A DNA stretch of 64,000 nucleotides from Trichoplax adhaerens (lineage: Eukaryota > Animalia > Placozoa), in contig NW_002060946.1 of assembly GCF_000150275.1 (NCBI RefSeq), positions 7,049,855 through 7,113,854 on the forward strand. The letters are read 5' to 3'. Under the pieces are notes generated by a model. That model was given only the letters and a program-made list of their open reading frames with translations. It did no database searches and was not told the origin of the DNA. The position numbers and the translations under genes are program-made. Shown piece after piece: positions 1 to 15,900 of this stretch (position 1 is its first letter; the number at the start of each line of letters is the position of its first letter).

Positions 1-3000
1 TTCACATAGGATATTAGATTTTATTTTTAAAATACAAACTAATCTAATATTCAAAGTCTAAGTTAATTTCTTACGAGTTACTAAAGTATTTTAATCATTT
101 AAAATAATAGATGCAGTAAATAGTTTAAATGTGCAATAATACTATATAGGTTTAGTGAAAATGGTTGCTGATTAAGTTAGAATTATAAAACTACTCTTTC
201 GGATGGGGGTATATGAATCATTTAGGCACATAATTTGTAAAAGATTAAAGGTTGATTCGTACTATTATCATTAGCTTTGTATTTGTCACAATTTATGCTT
301 AGTGGTAAGGAAACGTAACTTAAAAGCCTTTGAGTAATTACTGAATTTGAAGCTCCTTTACCAAACATTAAAAACACACGGCAAGGTAACGTAAAGATAG
401 AACTTTTATTAGGATAGGCACTTCTATAACTTTTCACATATTCACTGCTAAACTCAAAATGTTCCATTTATATAGGAATCTTCTAAATTGTAAATAACAG
501 CAGTATTATTATTGGACCATACTGGAAGAGACATCTCCAGTCGTGATGTTCCTTACATAGCTTNTTCGTCAGTAAATATTTTTAACTTATCATTCGTATT
601 TAATCTTAATCTAAGCAAGTATGTTGTCTAGTTCAGCTATCATTAGCTGAAACTGCCTATGTCTAATTACAATTAGAAATAGTTCCTACGTTAATAAAGT
701 GAACAAACCTTATCTGAAAATATTAATTTGAATTCTTTAAACCGTGAAAATAATACAACTTGACAGGGATATGGCATTCCCTATACTTACTACAATTCAT
801 AACAGTTTAAATATTTTAATATATGCAGCGAAGTGGTATTGAGGACGATCATCATATTTCCTTTTTAGGTTAAGCCTAAAGTAACATTATAACTTATTAC
901 ATTAGAGGAATACAACATTTAATTCATAATCATTATCAATCATGATCATTTAGGTTGATGATCTATAAACAGTAATATGTGTGAAGGATGAATCAATCTT
1001 TCAATGAATAATGTGAGCATATTTCATTTAACTTAATGAATCTATTATTATTTTAATTAAAATAGAAATTTGTATAGTTATTTATGTACCCTTGCAGTTT
1101 ATTTATATTAATAAATAATTTATGGCGTTAGAAAAATATCAATTACAAACGTAATTCTTTTTACGGTCTACTTATTTAACTGAATGCGATATCATAATAT
1201 AATTAAATTGAAATTTAAGCAGTTACAGTAAATTTTTTTGAGATACTGAATATTTAATAATATATTTTTGGTACGTAATAATTTATTATACAGCATGTGA
1301 ACAAAGAAAGTGGCAAAAGCTTTAAGCAATTTCTCAATTTGATCTATCGACGAGTATTAATGAACAATTTGTTTGATAACTTCAAGTTAGGTACAAAAAT
1401 TATTTGGATTTTATGATTTTTGGGAGTATGAGAAATTATATTTACTTTCGTACATTTTGACATCTTATGTTTTTGAATCAAATAGTAGCGTTTTTAGATC
1501 AAAATTTTGTAAATTTTCCGTATATAAATTACGTTAGAGATTTTGACGGTGCATTTTGTATATTTTTATCTTAATTTATAAATCTTAATTATAATTATGA
1601 ATATAAATAGTCAAAATTACAATCAATAGAAAAAGGGAGTAGTTTATGCTGCGATGTACCAAATTATGGAGATATAGGCAAGATACACTACTGTAGTTTA
1701 TTTAAACAAAGTAAAATGAATATCTACCTAATGAGGTCCAGTCTGTTCTGCAAATGCATTCATCTGTGCTAATACCATAATTAATACGCTTAGACACTAA
1801 TCATAGCATGTCCACACTATATTATTGAAAGAAAAGTATTACCTAATAGGCACATTCACTACTCGGAAATCTTTTAAAAATAAAAATTTCACCAACCATA
1901 TTCATTATATATTTGGTAATGGTCAGAAAAGGGCAATTTTGGGTATTTTCTTGTATAATACGACTTAAATTGACGTAAACAAGAATGATAGACTTTAATT
2001 TGAGCAAGTATCGCTGAAATAATTTTGCTTACACATCGTATCTACAATGGAAATATATAGACGTAATAAAGTATCTACATACATTTTCTCTTAGAGGTAT
2101 AATATTCGGGTTTTCCTTGAGGTATGTAAATGTAAGCATTTAATTTTTATTTGACCTGAAAAGCATTATTGCTCATGCAACTAATTTCATCTACTGAGCT
2201 AGAATCTATCTTATGAAAGGGATATTACCCGTAGTTAACGAAAGAATGTCATGAGCTAATAACTTATGGATAAAGATACCGTAGCAACTCTTCGATACTT
2301 TATGGTAGTAATTATCAGTTTTGCAACCTAGTAATTGATTATACTAATTTTTACAGTCTAAAATTGCGTCGGATATTGCAATAATTAAACCTGTTGTGTA
2401 AAATAAACCTTAAATAGATTAAAGATTTAATAGGTTGAATTTTATTCTTGTTTAATTAACAATTAGTGATAACGATAGAATAAAATCCTAAACATTAGCA
2501 AGATAATATAGTTTTCTTTCTATTTGTAACTTGATATAAAACTACTAAAACTTCGAAATTTATATACGCATATGATTAAATATTACGGCATTTGATTTTG
2601 CTCCTTTAACTACCTCACAAGAATTTAGACGCCTTTGATTCTACGTTAAAACAACTATACAATTGAGAACTGCTTTATTCAACTATCTGACGGGTTGATA
2701 TACCCTTCTACAGCAGCTAATATTCACAAGTCATCTTATAAAAATACTTGGGTGAGAACATCTACTAATTAGTTTTTCACAGTCGGACTACAATATGTCC
2801 ATTCACAGAATCATTTCAGTACACATTACAGCACAGCAATAAATTTACTGTAACATATTTATAATTAGAGTAATTCCTATTGTAAGTGACTAGTTGTAAT
2901 ATGTTATCACTATATTATATTAACCAAATTTAGATATCTATTTCTTCACGGTAGTTCGCACCGTGACAGGTATATAAATGCGATAAGTCGTTTAACAAAA

Positions 3001-3016
3001 TTAGTTCTTGTGACAA

Positions 3017-3176
3017 GTATTTAACGTAAGATACGAGGCGTCGAAGTCTTTTTGTAGTCTACTAGTATGGGGAAAGTGTTCCTGAAAGAGTAGATACTGC
3101 TCCCTGATATGTGGTTCAGGGAATCGACTGTTTGATCGTGCAATACGTTATCTTGTTGCAAAGCTGTTTTGTAACA
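3017..3176 (+). mobile_element. 3' fragment of a family 3-like element
   Basis: Aligns with ~56318-56477 and ends TGTAACA; homology to the sister duplicate (29337) resumes immediately after; 5' end and TSD not found. Confidence 0.6.
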
Positions 3177-3902
3177 CTCATCTAATCAGAGAATTAGATA
3201 TTTCAGTAAATCGGATATAAGAACTCGTTTTTAATAATTTTATCAGTAACATGATACAATATGATAATTCTGAATCGTTCCTGGCATAATTGTTAACTGA
3301 TCTGACTATAATTTTAGTATTATCGATATAATAGATACTCATATTAGGTGAATTTTTAGAAAGACTGTTTATCGTAGCGCCCAATACCGCGATCCAATTA
3401 TGAGTGCTAGCCTAAGTACTAGTGTCGTGTTCAGCCCACGACAAGGAAACGTCACAACTAGATAGCAATTATTATAGTACATAAATTGCGATGTCTTAGA
3501 TTTAATAAGAGCAATTAGAATTGTTGTTGAAAATATTTGAATCAAAATATGAATATACTTACAAACTGAGCTAAGTTATTAAAGCAAGAGACAAGATTAA
3601 TTTAGAATTATAAAGCTAAAAATATTTAGGTGTTTAATATTTTTAAAGTACATGATTAAGTTAAGACTAATTGTATCCGTAACATATCTTCTGAGCCGTT
3701 CTCTGTATAACAACTTGCTAGGAATAATTTAGTTAGATTCTTAAATCTGAATACCTTCAGTATTACAAAAGCTAAACGAATCATTATACTGAAAGGAAGC
3801 TTACTCGAGCTAGCAACTAATATCTAATTAGTAGCTTTGATTCTGTGATCTAATAGATCCGTAGTAGGAAAACAATGTGATCGCGGCTAGTTGATTTCTA
3901 AA

Positions 3903-6900
3903 TTATAGTCTTTCCACAGCGGTATTACGCTTTTTCTAATATCAAGACGAAATAAATTCTCGCTCATTAAAGGAAATCGAAAATAGATTGCTCGCTGTAA
4001 TATATATTACTTAATGATGGATTTCGATAATCAATATCATTACAAAGTTATTAATTGTTATTAATCACCGGATAAATTCTTGTCATTTGGATATCATCAT
4101 CTATTGATAGGAAAAGACAATCAGGATAAAATGTTGTGATTTTAGTATAGCATGACTTATTTGAGATGTAACAGTTTCAGACTATCAACATCGGTAATTA
4201 ATATGCTAAACATCAAAGAATGATGTATTTCAAATACTTGAGTCACTTTGCTTTTTCAGTAATTCACTTATGAAAGTCATCCTATTAGTATTTTAACTAA
4301 TGATTTTAATTTTGGAATTGTACTACATACGAAGGTATAAACATTGAATTCTTATAAAAATTTTGCATGTAATCGAGAAAAGCAACGTTAGTTAGAATGA
4401 TTACTGCGGAGTCATCATCATCCTTTCTACGGAATCATTTGCAATCTTGATATTATAGTCACTATCTAACTTCTGTATCCTAACTTTGAGTTGTTTGACT
4501 GGTGAAAATTATACATACGTACAATAATGATCTCATGCACGAATTAATTTTAGAAATATTAAGTCATCAAAGCAAGCGTATAAACCTTCATAAATTAAAT
4601 TGCTGTTGGAGCCTTGATCCTCTGTTACATCAAATTCTTCCACATTAGATGATATCTTGATCTATAATTATATTTAGTAAATTATGAAATGAAATTGCTT
4701 ATATGTATATACGATGAGGTATTACTTTAGTAGTATCATTTCGCCAAATAATATAGATTTAAGTTAAAATACTGACGCTTTTTGCTATGAGAACAGTCAT
4801 ATTAAACGACTTTGTAAGTAACACTATGACGAAATTGTAATTGAAATATATTTAAGAAATGTTATACCTTTGGATGTTTGCGGTTCGATGTGCTGAGAGC
4901 AATACTTTGAGAGCCAGTCGATGAATTAAAACCTACTCTACGCATAAGATAGTGTCGAACCTAATTTGATGGGAATGATCGTTGTATAAAGGTGTTAAAT
5001 TTAGTAAGATACGGTAATTACACTTAAATGATAATGTTAATATGACGTTTTTTCCTATAAGGAATAGGTATGTTTAAAAGTATAACAATGATACATACTT
5101 CAGAATTANNNNNNNNNNNNNNNNNNNNNNNNNNNNNNNNNNNNNNNNNNNNNNNNNNAAGCAACCCTGGTACGACAAAAAAGGAAATATCAGTTACAAT
5201 ATCTATTTGATAAAAAGATGTATCTAAGTTTAACCTTAGTTATAATCTCTAAATCAAGATAATAGTTAATAAGTTACACCATTTGAGAAAGGTAAAAATT
5301 ATCGTCATAGCAAACCTGTAAACCATTCAAAATAACAAAGATATAACTGAAGGCAATGGTATGATTGCTCATTGAGAAAATACCAAATATCCAAGTTAAG
5401 CCAAGGATAGGCAACAAAATAAGAGTGGCTTTCACGATAGATCTAATATAAAATTTATTGTTGGAAGAGAGCAGCTAGAGTTACATCAAAAAATTCAATC
5501 AATTTAAGATAGAAGTGCAGTAATTGCAATTATCTGCTACGCTAATATAACTATATTTCGATCTACATAAATTGATTTTACTTTACTTGATTTTTTTTGC
5601 GCTATAAAACTGTCGACTAGCTGGATGGATCCCGGATTTATTAGCGGTAACTCGAAGGACGAGAATCATTACTAAAAAATTTACCTATTGGTAAGAATAA
5701 TCCGGAAAAATTAAAATTTTTATTTAATCTTTAAGACGAAGAACAGATAAAATCTCTCAGCTAAAATACGGTGAAATAATTCAGTCCATACTTAAAGGTA
5801 GGTCTACTTGAGCTAGTGTTAGAGAATAATCATGTAAGATTATCGTACGAGTAACGACATGACTGGTCCGATAACTATAGTAGTGTAGAATAGGTAAAAC
5901 GCGCAAGCTTGCCGTATAACTACCTGAACTAACTAACGAGACAGACGAAAGAAGATAGCTTTTATAATGTTAACTGAGTAACTTGCTAATGTATATTAAA
6001 TAAACTTACCAAAATGACAAATAAAGCGGGTCCTGTAAATGCCCATATGAATCCACTATGAACTGATAGCCAACACCTATGTTAAGCAAAATAGTACTTT
6101 ATTTGCATGCATGGCAGCAATTTTTTACACAATGTCGCAAAATTAACGCAGATTCACTTTAATTGTAAGCCTGCGATAACAATGTAAAATAACTAATTAG
6201 TCCAACTACGCGTCTTAACTTTCGAAGAGCAAATTTACTTTATTTCACAAAAATTAAACACTTAACGAGGAATTTCACAATCATGTTCTAAGCCGAAAAT
6301 GAACTGCTAGAAAAAACTAGCAAGCATCTCTAAACTATTTGCTAGTATTCTTTCTTAACATCTAGAGTAGTCGAACAGCTATAAAGTAGCAAGTCAGTAC
6401 ATTATTATGTCTGAAATGATCACAAATAATACCTTTGTTCCTACATATTAGCCATCATAATGTTACCAAATACTTCTATTAAGTATTGAACTCACTTTTA
6501 TCTTATCTGATTATTGCAACACCGCATTTTATAGTGGTATGCGAGGTCGTTTTATCTTATTTATGATTATTACAAGCCAAGTAATAAGTTATGTCTAAGC
6601 GATAGCAGTGATATTTTACTGTATCAAGAAGCTATGTGGCTCGGTAAGGTCTATAGTATTTGAAAATATTTTTATTATCTGTCAAATGAAATGATTCAAA
6701 GTAACAATCACGTCAGCCGTAAAATTGGCTGTATAACTTCTTTACTGACAGCATATTATGATTTTTTCAATTACTTTAGACTAAAAATCATATCTCGCTC
6801 GTACAAATTTGATCTTATCCAATATTACCTATAAATTATAGTATATATGTTACGGTACTACGTTGCCTAAATTACAGAGTTTAAGAAATTTTTGTTACTG

Positions 6901-9900
6901 ATAGTGTTTTAGTATTATAGTATAGGAAATGCTAGAATTTGTTGTACTTATACCTGTAGGAATTAATATCCTATTGTAAATCAAAAATACTCTTGCTTTA
7001 TTCGAAAAATGAAAGCTATGAGCGTTATTGTAAAGTGATACATCTATTAGCCAACAACGCTTTGTGAATACGTACGTAATTTCGATAAGATTATTCTTTG
7101 TAAATAAATTTTTCTTTTTATCTAATTACATCATTCAGATGTGTCTGGTATTTCTTTGTTAAGATAAACGGTTATTTATGAGTGTATTTATTGGTTTAAA
7201 TCAGTTAATTTTGTGAGAGAACAGTGAGTAAAGAGTTACGGAATAAAGCTGTTTTGTAGATTATAATTTAGCGTGTCTACTGGTTGTGAGCCTTTTAGAA
7301 GGGTAGTTCTTAGACGTTATAGTAGCAGTACTATATTCTTACTAGATCTTTTGGCAGATTAGGGTAGTAATCTGTAGAAGCACCTCAAAGTAAGTGCTTT
7401 GCGTTAGACTAGTAAACTTATCAGGAAGTTGTCTGTGACAATATATTATTTTACTTATAATGTTAGTTAGCTAAAAAGGTATAAGCCGACTCACAATTTG
7501 TTTACTCCATATCTATCAAACCCTATACCAACCGCTACACCAACAGTCACGATTGGAGAGCCTTCAGTTTAAAAGCATATTTCAAAATAAATTGAGTTTT
7601 ACGCTAGAATGTTGAAATAAACTTAAACTTCATTATTTATCATTCAAGATTTATTTACCCCATCCTATGGCATAATATAATTTTCTCTTGGAGCTTGTAT
7701 TGAAAACCGTGATAACTTTTAAGTAAAGGTGAATACCTTCCGCAAGCATCCATGAGAACATCGACAACAGAAGCATATGTAGTGTTATAGCTAAAATTTT
7801 GCAGCATATCTAAAGTATAATAAAATACCAAACTTAGTTTATTACTATGTGAAATGGAGATTAATGGGATTACGGTCCGTAACTTTACTTAGAAATAGAT
7901 GTATCTAAAATAATTTTAATTTCTTTACTGCATCATAAATTCAATAAATTTTTAATTCAGGGAAGGTAGGACATAATTAAAAAAGGAAATTTTAAGGCTA
8001 GTAGCTCAAGACAGGCTTATATTACTATATCATTGCACTTACATTATTATTTTTAATTATGCTAGCACCGGTCAAAATGATTCCGATCTGAGATAACAAC
8101 ATTGCCAAAGCCAGATTAATATGAATTTCATGATGTTCCGAAGAAGTACTAACAAATTGATTAATGAAATCATCTAAATTACGGTTAAGAATCGATAATA
8201 TTTTAACATTTTTTAGTAACTTCTATCAACTTCAGCAGAAAAAATTAAACAGATGATTGATCACAGCTTTAGGTAAAAAGTAAATATTTAAGACTCTATT
8301 AAAATTATTGCTACTCGTACTTTACGTAATATATGTCATGTATATTTCTTTATTTAATAATTGTAATTTGTTTTAATTCATCTATAAACCTTATATCGCT
8401 GTTACTATTATATTATTTAAATTTTAAAATATCCTAAAAAGCTTTTTAAGTTCTTGGTAAAAACAGAATTTCATTTTATAGCAAATGCAAACGTGTTATT
8501 ATGATTAGGCGGCTACTACTGTATTTAATCATGTGGCTACCTTAAAGTAAAATAACCATAAATAAACATATTAAGATTTATCTCATCGCTATCTATATCC
8601 TACTGTTCTATTTTTGTTTACCGAACAAGGGAAAGAATGACGATAGACATAAACAATGCGATAATTGAAGTACCAGAGCAGATAAATGTTATTGTATCTA
8701 AATTAACTAAATGTTCTTGAGAGATCTTGTAGAAAGAATAAAAAAAATAGATCAATAGTTTAGAGAGATATATAGTAAATGATAAAATGATTAAGATTTG
8801 GCGAAAGAGATACAGCGTAAAGCTTGCTAAAATGGCATTGACTGTATGATAAGATAAAGTAACATATGAACTCAAGAGTATCCTTAGCGTAATGAAAAAC
8901 AAATCGAGATTAAATTTATATTACATATGAAAATACAATTAGAATTAAGATGATATCATTTAACTATAGTCTAAATTTTAAATTGACTTAATAAAGGTAA
9001 ATTTACAATAGACAAGATAAATGATGTTTGTGAAACTTTATAAAGCCTCCGTTGTTAGCTAAATCCTTTCCTAGGTAATATAATCGGTCTAAAATATTTT
9101 ATTTCTAAACTGCTAACCTCTACTTCTGTAACGCGCATTAATATTGCAAAATGCGTTAAATGGTTACACCGACAGTGGGTATGAGTTTGATTCCAATGAA
9201 CAACGCTGCAACCACTATCTGACCAATTTCCTGAGCTAGGATTTAAATAAGCAATATTGAAAACAGACTGGTTAGAAATTTGTTTCGTTACCTCACATAT
9301 TACTATATCTGATTTTCGGTCAGATTTCGATTTACCTTTTGGAATTGGTAGCAAATTCCCAAAATACACAAACTGGTTGAAAAGTTGTAGTAAAATTGAC
9401 CTAGTTCAAGGTATAATTTTAATGGTGGTCTAAATACTACTGACCATAGAAAGCGGTAGTATTTGATTGCAATCATGATTTCTAGTCTACTTTTACATTA
9501 CCTTGTTATGAAATAAAGTGAAAGTAAAAGGATTGGAATTATTCAACTTCGGCATAGGTGTTACAGTGCAACCCAAAATTAGGGAATTTAGATAGGTATT
9601 GGATGCTTGACTGGAGCTTAATAAGCAGGTTAATTAAATAGTAGTATAAAAAAATACTTTTAGAAAACCAATATATCAAAATATAAAAAATTAATACTAG
9701 ATGTAGAGATTAGGTTTATTTTTTAGTGCAAACCCTTCCGTATCCGAATTTGCTTTTTGCTTATTCATGATATACTGTAAGGATTTATACGCGCTGATGG
9801 AAACGATTACATTATCTATACCGTGATATGAACAATAATAGATTTAGAAATGAAAACAATTTCGTTCAATTTAGTCACTTAATGCTCTAGCATGAAAATA

Positions 9901-12900
9901 TATAATACACACTTTTGTTGAGTTATTTAATGGCTCTAAATATCACACGAATTAAACAATATTGACTAGATGAAATTATCATTTGCTGAATCAAAGCTCT
10001 GCAAAATTAATATTATACGATTTACAAATAAAATAGCTAAATAATCGCGATAACAAAGGCTCATATTACGTAAAAAGTATCACATAAAACGTGATTCAAT
10101 TGTGTGAAATTAGAATGGACAGGAATACTGTATATATAAATTAGAGTAAATATACAATCGCAGCCTTTAAATAAAATAGATTTACTGATGTGCGTACTGT
10201 TCGATGAACATAATCAAACTAGTATTCGTAGAAATAGGATCATTGCTAGCTAGTAGGTTGTAATTTGCATAATGAGATTATTAAAATCGGATTTTAAAGA
10301 TTGCCGCATTAACAGTGGAACAAATGTATAATAAAGGCATTCCACCGGCCACATTATTATAGGCTGCAAAAATTTTTATTATTACTTTCAAATCCTTTGA
10401 AAATGTTATATGAAGAAAGACCGACAATAAATGCGAAAGCTTCTCATAGAAAAGTTAGTCGCTAATTACCTATTTCTGTAGCAAGATGAGATGGTGGTAA
10501 TGTCAAAGAATATTTTTGAATTAATGAATTATGATCAGTAGTATCCGTCGCCTCCATGGAAAATCCGTAGTTGATATATAAAGATGATGACTCTTTGACA
10601 ATATTCACATCTAGAGTCCAAAAAAGAGAAATAGGACCATAGTTACACCAACTAGCAATGTATCCTTGATTCTAAATCTTAGAAACAAATTACTAATGAT
10701 AACTTATAACATATTTTCTGAAACTATCGGTATTATAACTGACCGCAGTAAAGTTATACGATATTAATACTTTTGTCATTTGATAAAAAAGAAAGCTTTC
10801 GATACTGAAAATTGAATGCTTTAATAAAACTACTAAAGATCTGCAAGCTTACCCAGGTTAGGAGATTTGAAGATAAACGACTGGTTAACGGCTAAGACAT
10901 GGCCAACATCTTTTGAGACTTTATCAGTTACATTCAAAATATCTGCGGATATTGCATCTTTCTAAATGGAATACATTTGTGTAATAAAACTTATGCTATT
11001 AACGATACTTTGAAAAATATTTGATATTGGTAAATAGCAGTGCAAAAGGCTATTATAAAGAGTTAATGTTGCTATAACCTAGGCCTTACAGCTATAATTT
11101 ATCGTGAAGTCATATAATTAATCAATTACAACTTGATTACAGGTAATTACTTACAATCTCATGTCATGATTTAAAATATCTAAAACATAACTACTCCGCT
11201 CAGTAACACTATAATTCCGAGTAAATTTTTATGGATCGAATTATTATAGACCTAATAACTATACCATCACTTAATTACATTTTTTGCAATTAAACTATTT
11301 CAAAAGTTCTTGCGAATAAAAGTAATAACTATTATGGCAATTTAATCTTCTATTAGCTCCAATAAAATCTTATATGTTTAAGTTGACTTTAAAAAAAGCA
11401 TAAATTTCATTAGGGCAAATATTGGGCTCTATTTACGCCGCAAGCATGCAGAAAGCTAAATTTTTTTAGTCCAAAGTATATAGCTAAATTAATATTTAAT
11501 AATATTATGCATTAAAGTCAATTTCTGCGGTATCTCAGCATAAAAAACCTAAAACTTAGAATTGTGCAAAATCAAAAATCATCAGATTTCCTCGAATGCA
11601 GTGGCATTAAGTGTCTCAAAATCAGAAAGGATCAAAATTTGAAAATTTATAATTTTTATTTTATTACACAAACTACTTCCTCAATCTAGAATAAAACCAA
11701 CTAATTCTGAGAGATGAAATCTCCTGCTTATATGAGTTATTTTTCTAACATGTTTAGATCTATAATTTCTAGATAATCTAGTATCAAATTACTGGCATAA
11801 TCTTTGGTGTTCAACCATCTTAAGAAGACATTCTTAATTAATGCTACAATGTTTACTGTAATTATTTTTTAGCACGGATATGTGCTCAATGCTATCTTAA
11901 GATTCTAGTTAATCTACTATTGCGGATCTATAGTATCAATCTAAAAATCTGACATGCCACTTAGCGACTTCCTACAAGCTATTAAGCTATTTTGGGCTGC
12001 ACTATCGTGGCAGGTGCTTTAATTAATCAATAGGAAGATTATTGTGATAAAAGTATATCCTCACCTTACTAGTTTTACGCCATGCATTCAGGTTATGCTT
12101 TGAAGTTAGAATGCCAAGAGTACTGAAATAAACCTAAAGTATAAGTTAATCCGTTTATTAGTATAGGTCTTCAGTAATACAAAATTAACAAGCTAATAGC
12201 AGTATGTCAATGCTTATGTGCTCATACTGTATCACCAAATTTAATGTGGTGTAGTTTATTAAGATTTATTAATAACTGGAAGGACTTAGAATCTTAGTTG
12301 AAATTCCAATAATAGAAATTAACATTTCAATAGATGACATGTATATTTGCTTATATGTGAATGGCATCGTAGTCTATTATCATTACAGGTATTTATCGAA
12401 TCCACTTCATTACATTAAATATGCTAATAAAAGATGAAACAATTAATCTGAATTATCTTGTCAATAGTAAAGAATTCACGTTTTAAAATCTGTTCAATGT
12501 TTAAAGGTACTCCTATACTGCTATATCACTTAATTTATCCTGTAGGCAAATTACTAGTCCAATTTACTTGTAATATTTGCCAACATTAGGGTAATCTGCA
12601 GTCTAATTTGATGATGGATGCGGTAACAACGGCGTTAAAAATCAATAAACTAGTCAATTAATTAATTAATTAATTAATTATTAGGCAATAAACTTGATAA
12701 TGGTAAAATTTTCAATTAATCAATTAACTTATTATTGGACGATAGGAATTTAGATGAATGATTCATATCGGAATGACCTGCTGCACCAGGGAAAAATATT
12801 CATGAAGCTCGAAGTAAACGTAGAGCATACGTATATGAAGACATTGATCGACTAGATTTCAGAACTTAGAACTAGATTCACTTACTGTTTTGTTTCTCTA

Positions 12901-15900
12901 TTTGAATAGCTTAAATGAGCTTTTATTTTTATTTACAGTAAACATTTATGTTCGACTCCGTCATCCTAACTTTATTGTCAGATATAGAAGTAGAACAGAG
13001 TGAGATATAGTCAGCCTTGTTCCGAACACATAGCTAACTTCACAATACTGGCATACTATACAAACGACATGATATGATCTGACCTTAGCAAACTCCTATC
13101 GTCATAAACTACTGCTTACATACATTTGAATTATCTGGTGAAATGGTCTAGTATTTCTGCTAATAGCTATATATAGTGTGTGTACATGAAGCTTCTTGGA
13201 AAGGCTACTATACTATCATACGCTTTAGCATATTGTACCAATAGTGTATATTTAAGTTCATGAAAAATCTATTCTATTTTGTCTAGGGATATTACCAAGT
13301 AAAAACCGTGAGCTGAAAATCTACTATTTCATATATTGTTACTTATATCTTATCAATAGGTATCTTGCAACTATCTACATCAATAGATACTTTAAACTAC
13401 AAATCATTTGGGTTACTACATTACGATACTATTGGATCAAATTTCGAATGCAACTTGCCGTTCTTAATAGTAAAAATCTTTATAGATGAAATATTATAAG
13501 TAAAATCTTAAGGTAGACTTTATTGAAACAATGCAATTGGATATCTGATAAGCTGGAATACCTTGGCATAATTTGTTTGATTTAATGTTCCGTTTAGGTT
13601 AACTGGATAATTCAGCTTTAACAATGCTTGATGTGCAATAATTATATCATCTGAATTAATAGTACCATTTGTATCGAGAGCTTTTTGAAGGTTAGTCAGT
13701 ATAGTAATGGCTTGCTTGCCTGTAAAGCTTGTCTGATTCTTAGAAATCTAATTGAAATAGAAGTTATTAAGGGTAGACATCGATAAGAAAATCGAAAAAG
13801 TAAGTGAAGCGATAGTATACTCAACCTGATTGTAAATATCTAGAAATTCTACGGAGATATTGCTTGCATAGGGAGTAACGGTTGTTGGTATATAGGTCAC
13901 CCTGGTGGATAGTCAACATTTATAACGCAATTGCTGAGCTACTAAGAATTTTAGAAAGTGACTATAGCTTCTTTAATAATATCAAAAGCCAATAACGTAT
14001 TGCATTCTAGAACTCTTTACTTAAGATTATATATATCGATTGAATGTTATACACTTATGAGGATACATACTCAATGCTGCTAGCATTTGCTTGGGTAGAG
14101 ACTGATGTTGTCAGTATGTTTGTTAATAAGATTGAAGGTGGAGAGCTATTTACGGTGTTTTGACTTTGCAATAATTGGCAACTGATCGAAGACATGGAGC
14201 AAATGTTTGTCTGTTTGATCGTTGATTCAGGAACAGGTGATAGACTCGTAGAAACAGCTTGCAATGTCCTGGCATTAGTCAGATTTGTTGTACTATCATT
14301 TGGATGGTTTGCAACGGAATCTGCAGTTGATATGGCAACTTTTAAACTGCTGGCTAGGGGTTGTGAAGAAGATACCGAAAATTCAGCTACTCCATTCTTT
14401 TGACTGCTTTCAATAGTGAGTAAAATATCTCTGTTGCTATTACTTGCAGAAGCTGCTGGAATGACTACAGTGGCATTAATATTAGTGTTCGAAGGCAGTA
14501 TAGAATCGAAAATACTAATTCCACTATAAACTGAGGTCGCCGCTACTGCTTCGTTGATTCCTGAAGAAGAAGTTAATGTACCTTTAACAGATAGTGATGC
14601 CATCCAATTTGTCATTACTTCTGAAGCCGATGTTTCTACATATATTTCTGATGTACTTGCTACCCCATCAGGAAGAGATACAGAGGTTGTTGTCGTACTC
14701 ATTATTAGAGTAGAAATGGATACACTCATTTCATAAGAGTAATAAATAGATTCTGACCATGACACTTGAGTCATTAAGCTTGGAGATAGAATGTCACTTG
14801 AAAGATTTATGGAATCATCGATGGTTTCTTTCGTGAATAAGATAGTATCGTGCAATATTGTTGTTGATTCAAGCTGTAATGATTGCACGGTATTTATTGG
14901 AGACAAGAGTACGTTTGAAAGCAATAGAGAATTGCTAAGCATTTCTTTCGAAGAGAGAATGCCATTAAGAAACATCGATGTACTAATATTATCAGGTAAA
15001 GCTAAATTAGTGATAGAAGTAGATTCAGATAGGGATGATTGAACTAAATTTGAAGATGAGATGGAATATTCGTATGTCGAGGAATCATAGAGTGATTCAC
15101 TTGATAGAGTAGTATCAAGCGAATTAGTTGTACTTGAATTATTGGTAGCTGAAATATAATTTTAATTCAAATTAGATATTGCAAAATATACGTAAGGCAC
15201 CTTACAGAAATTAATTTTTCATTAGCTCGTTATTGTCTGATATGCTTATAAAAATACTGAAGAAATTATGCCTAGATGCGATAGGAATGGTATAATTTAC
15301 TTTCATCAATGGTAAAATTATACTGAGATAGCAAAATTATTAAATATTACATCTCTAGAATATCTTAATCAAACGCAGTAATTTAGCAACTTTAAGAGAA
15401 TAAAAAAGTTCAAGCATTTCCCAAATTATTAGTGTCAAGGGTTTAATAATCGCTTATAATGTCTTACTCGTAGAATGCATTGCTTCTGAACTTGAAAATA
15501 ATAAAATTAGGATAAAGGTTGGAATTGAAAGAGAAGGAAATTTAAGTTAATATAGAGTATTAAAGCGATACGAAACTTTATCTCCAAAACCTAGTGGAGA
15601 AGATCTCGTAGTACGGAAAACGTTTGGCGTTCAGAATAATCAAATTCTACGATGCGGCCTGTTAGGATGATCTATCTACATTTAATTTTCTATATTCCGT
15701 TATTTCAGAATTCATGTAGATGAAATGACTAGCAGACAGATTCATTTAGATAGCTTTCTATATGTTTAGAATCTACAGTATATGGACACATTGATAGGAT
15801 ATCATTATAAGATATTACTCACCTTGTAAAACTACTGTAGATCGCTACGTCTCAATTTAACATTCATATGCTAAGATACGTGTATATAGTACTTAAAGGC

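Noticed and set aside
222-467. 81-aa minus-strand ORF
   Set aside because: No recognisable domain or splice partner, and no matching ORF in the duplicate unit.
14194-15042. Plus-strand ORFs 14194-14403, 14554-14736, 14791-15042 (also 41854-42036 and 60603-60812)
   Set aside because: Antisense shadows of the Ser/Thr-rich coding exons; no independent coding signal.
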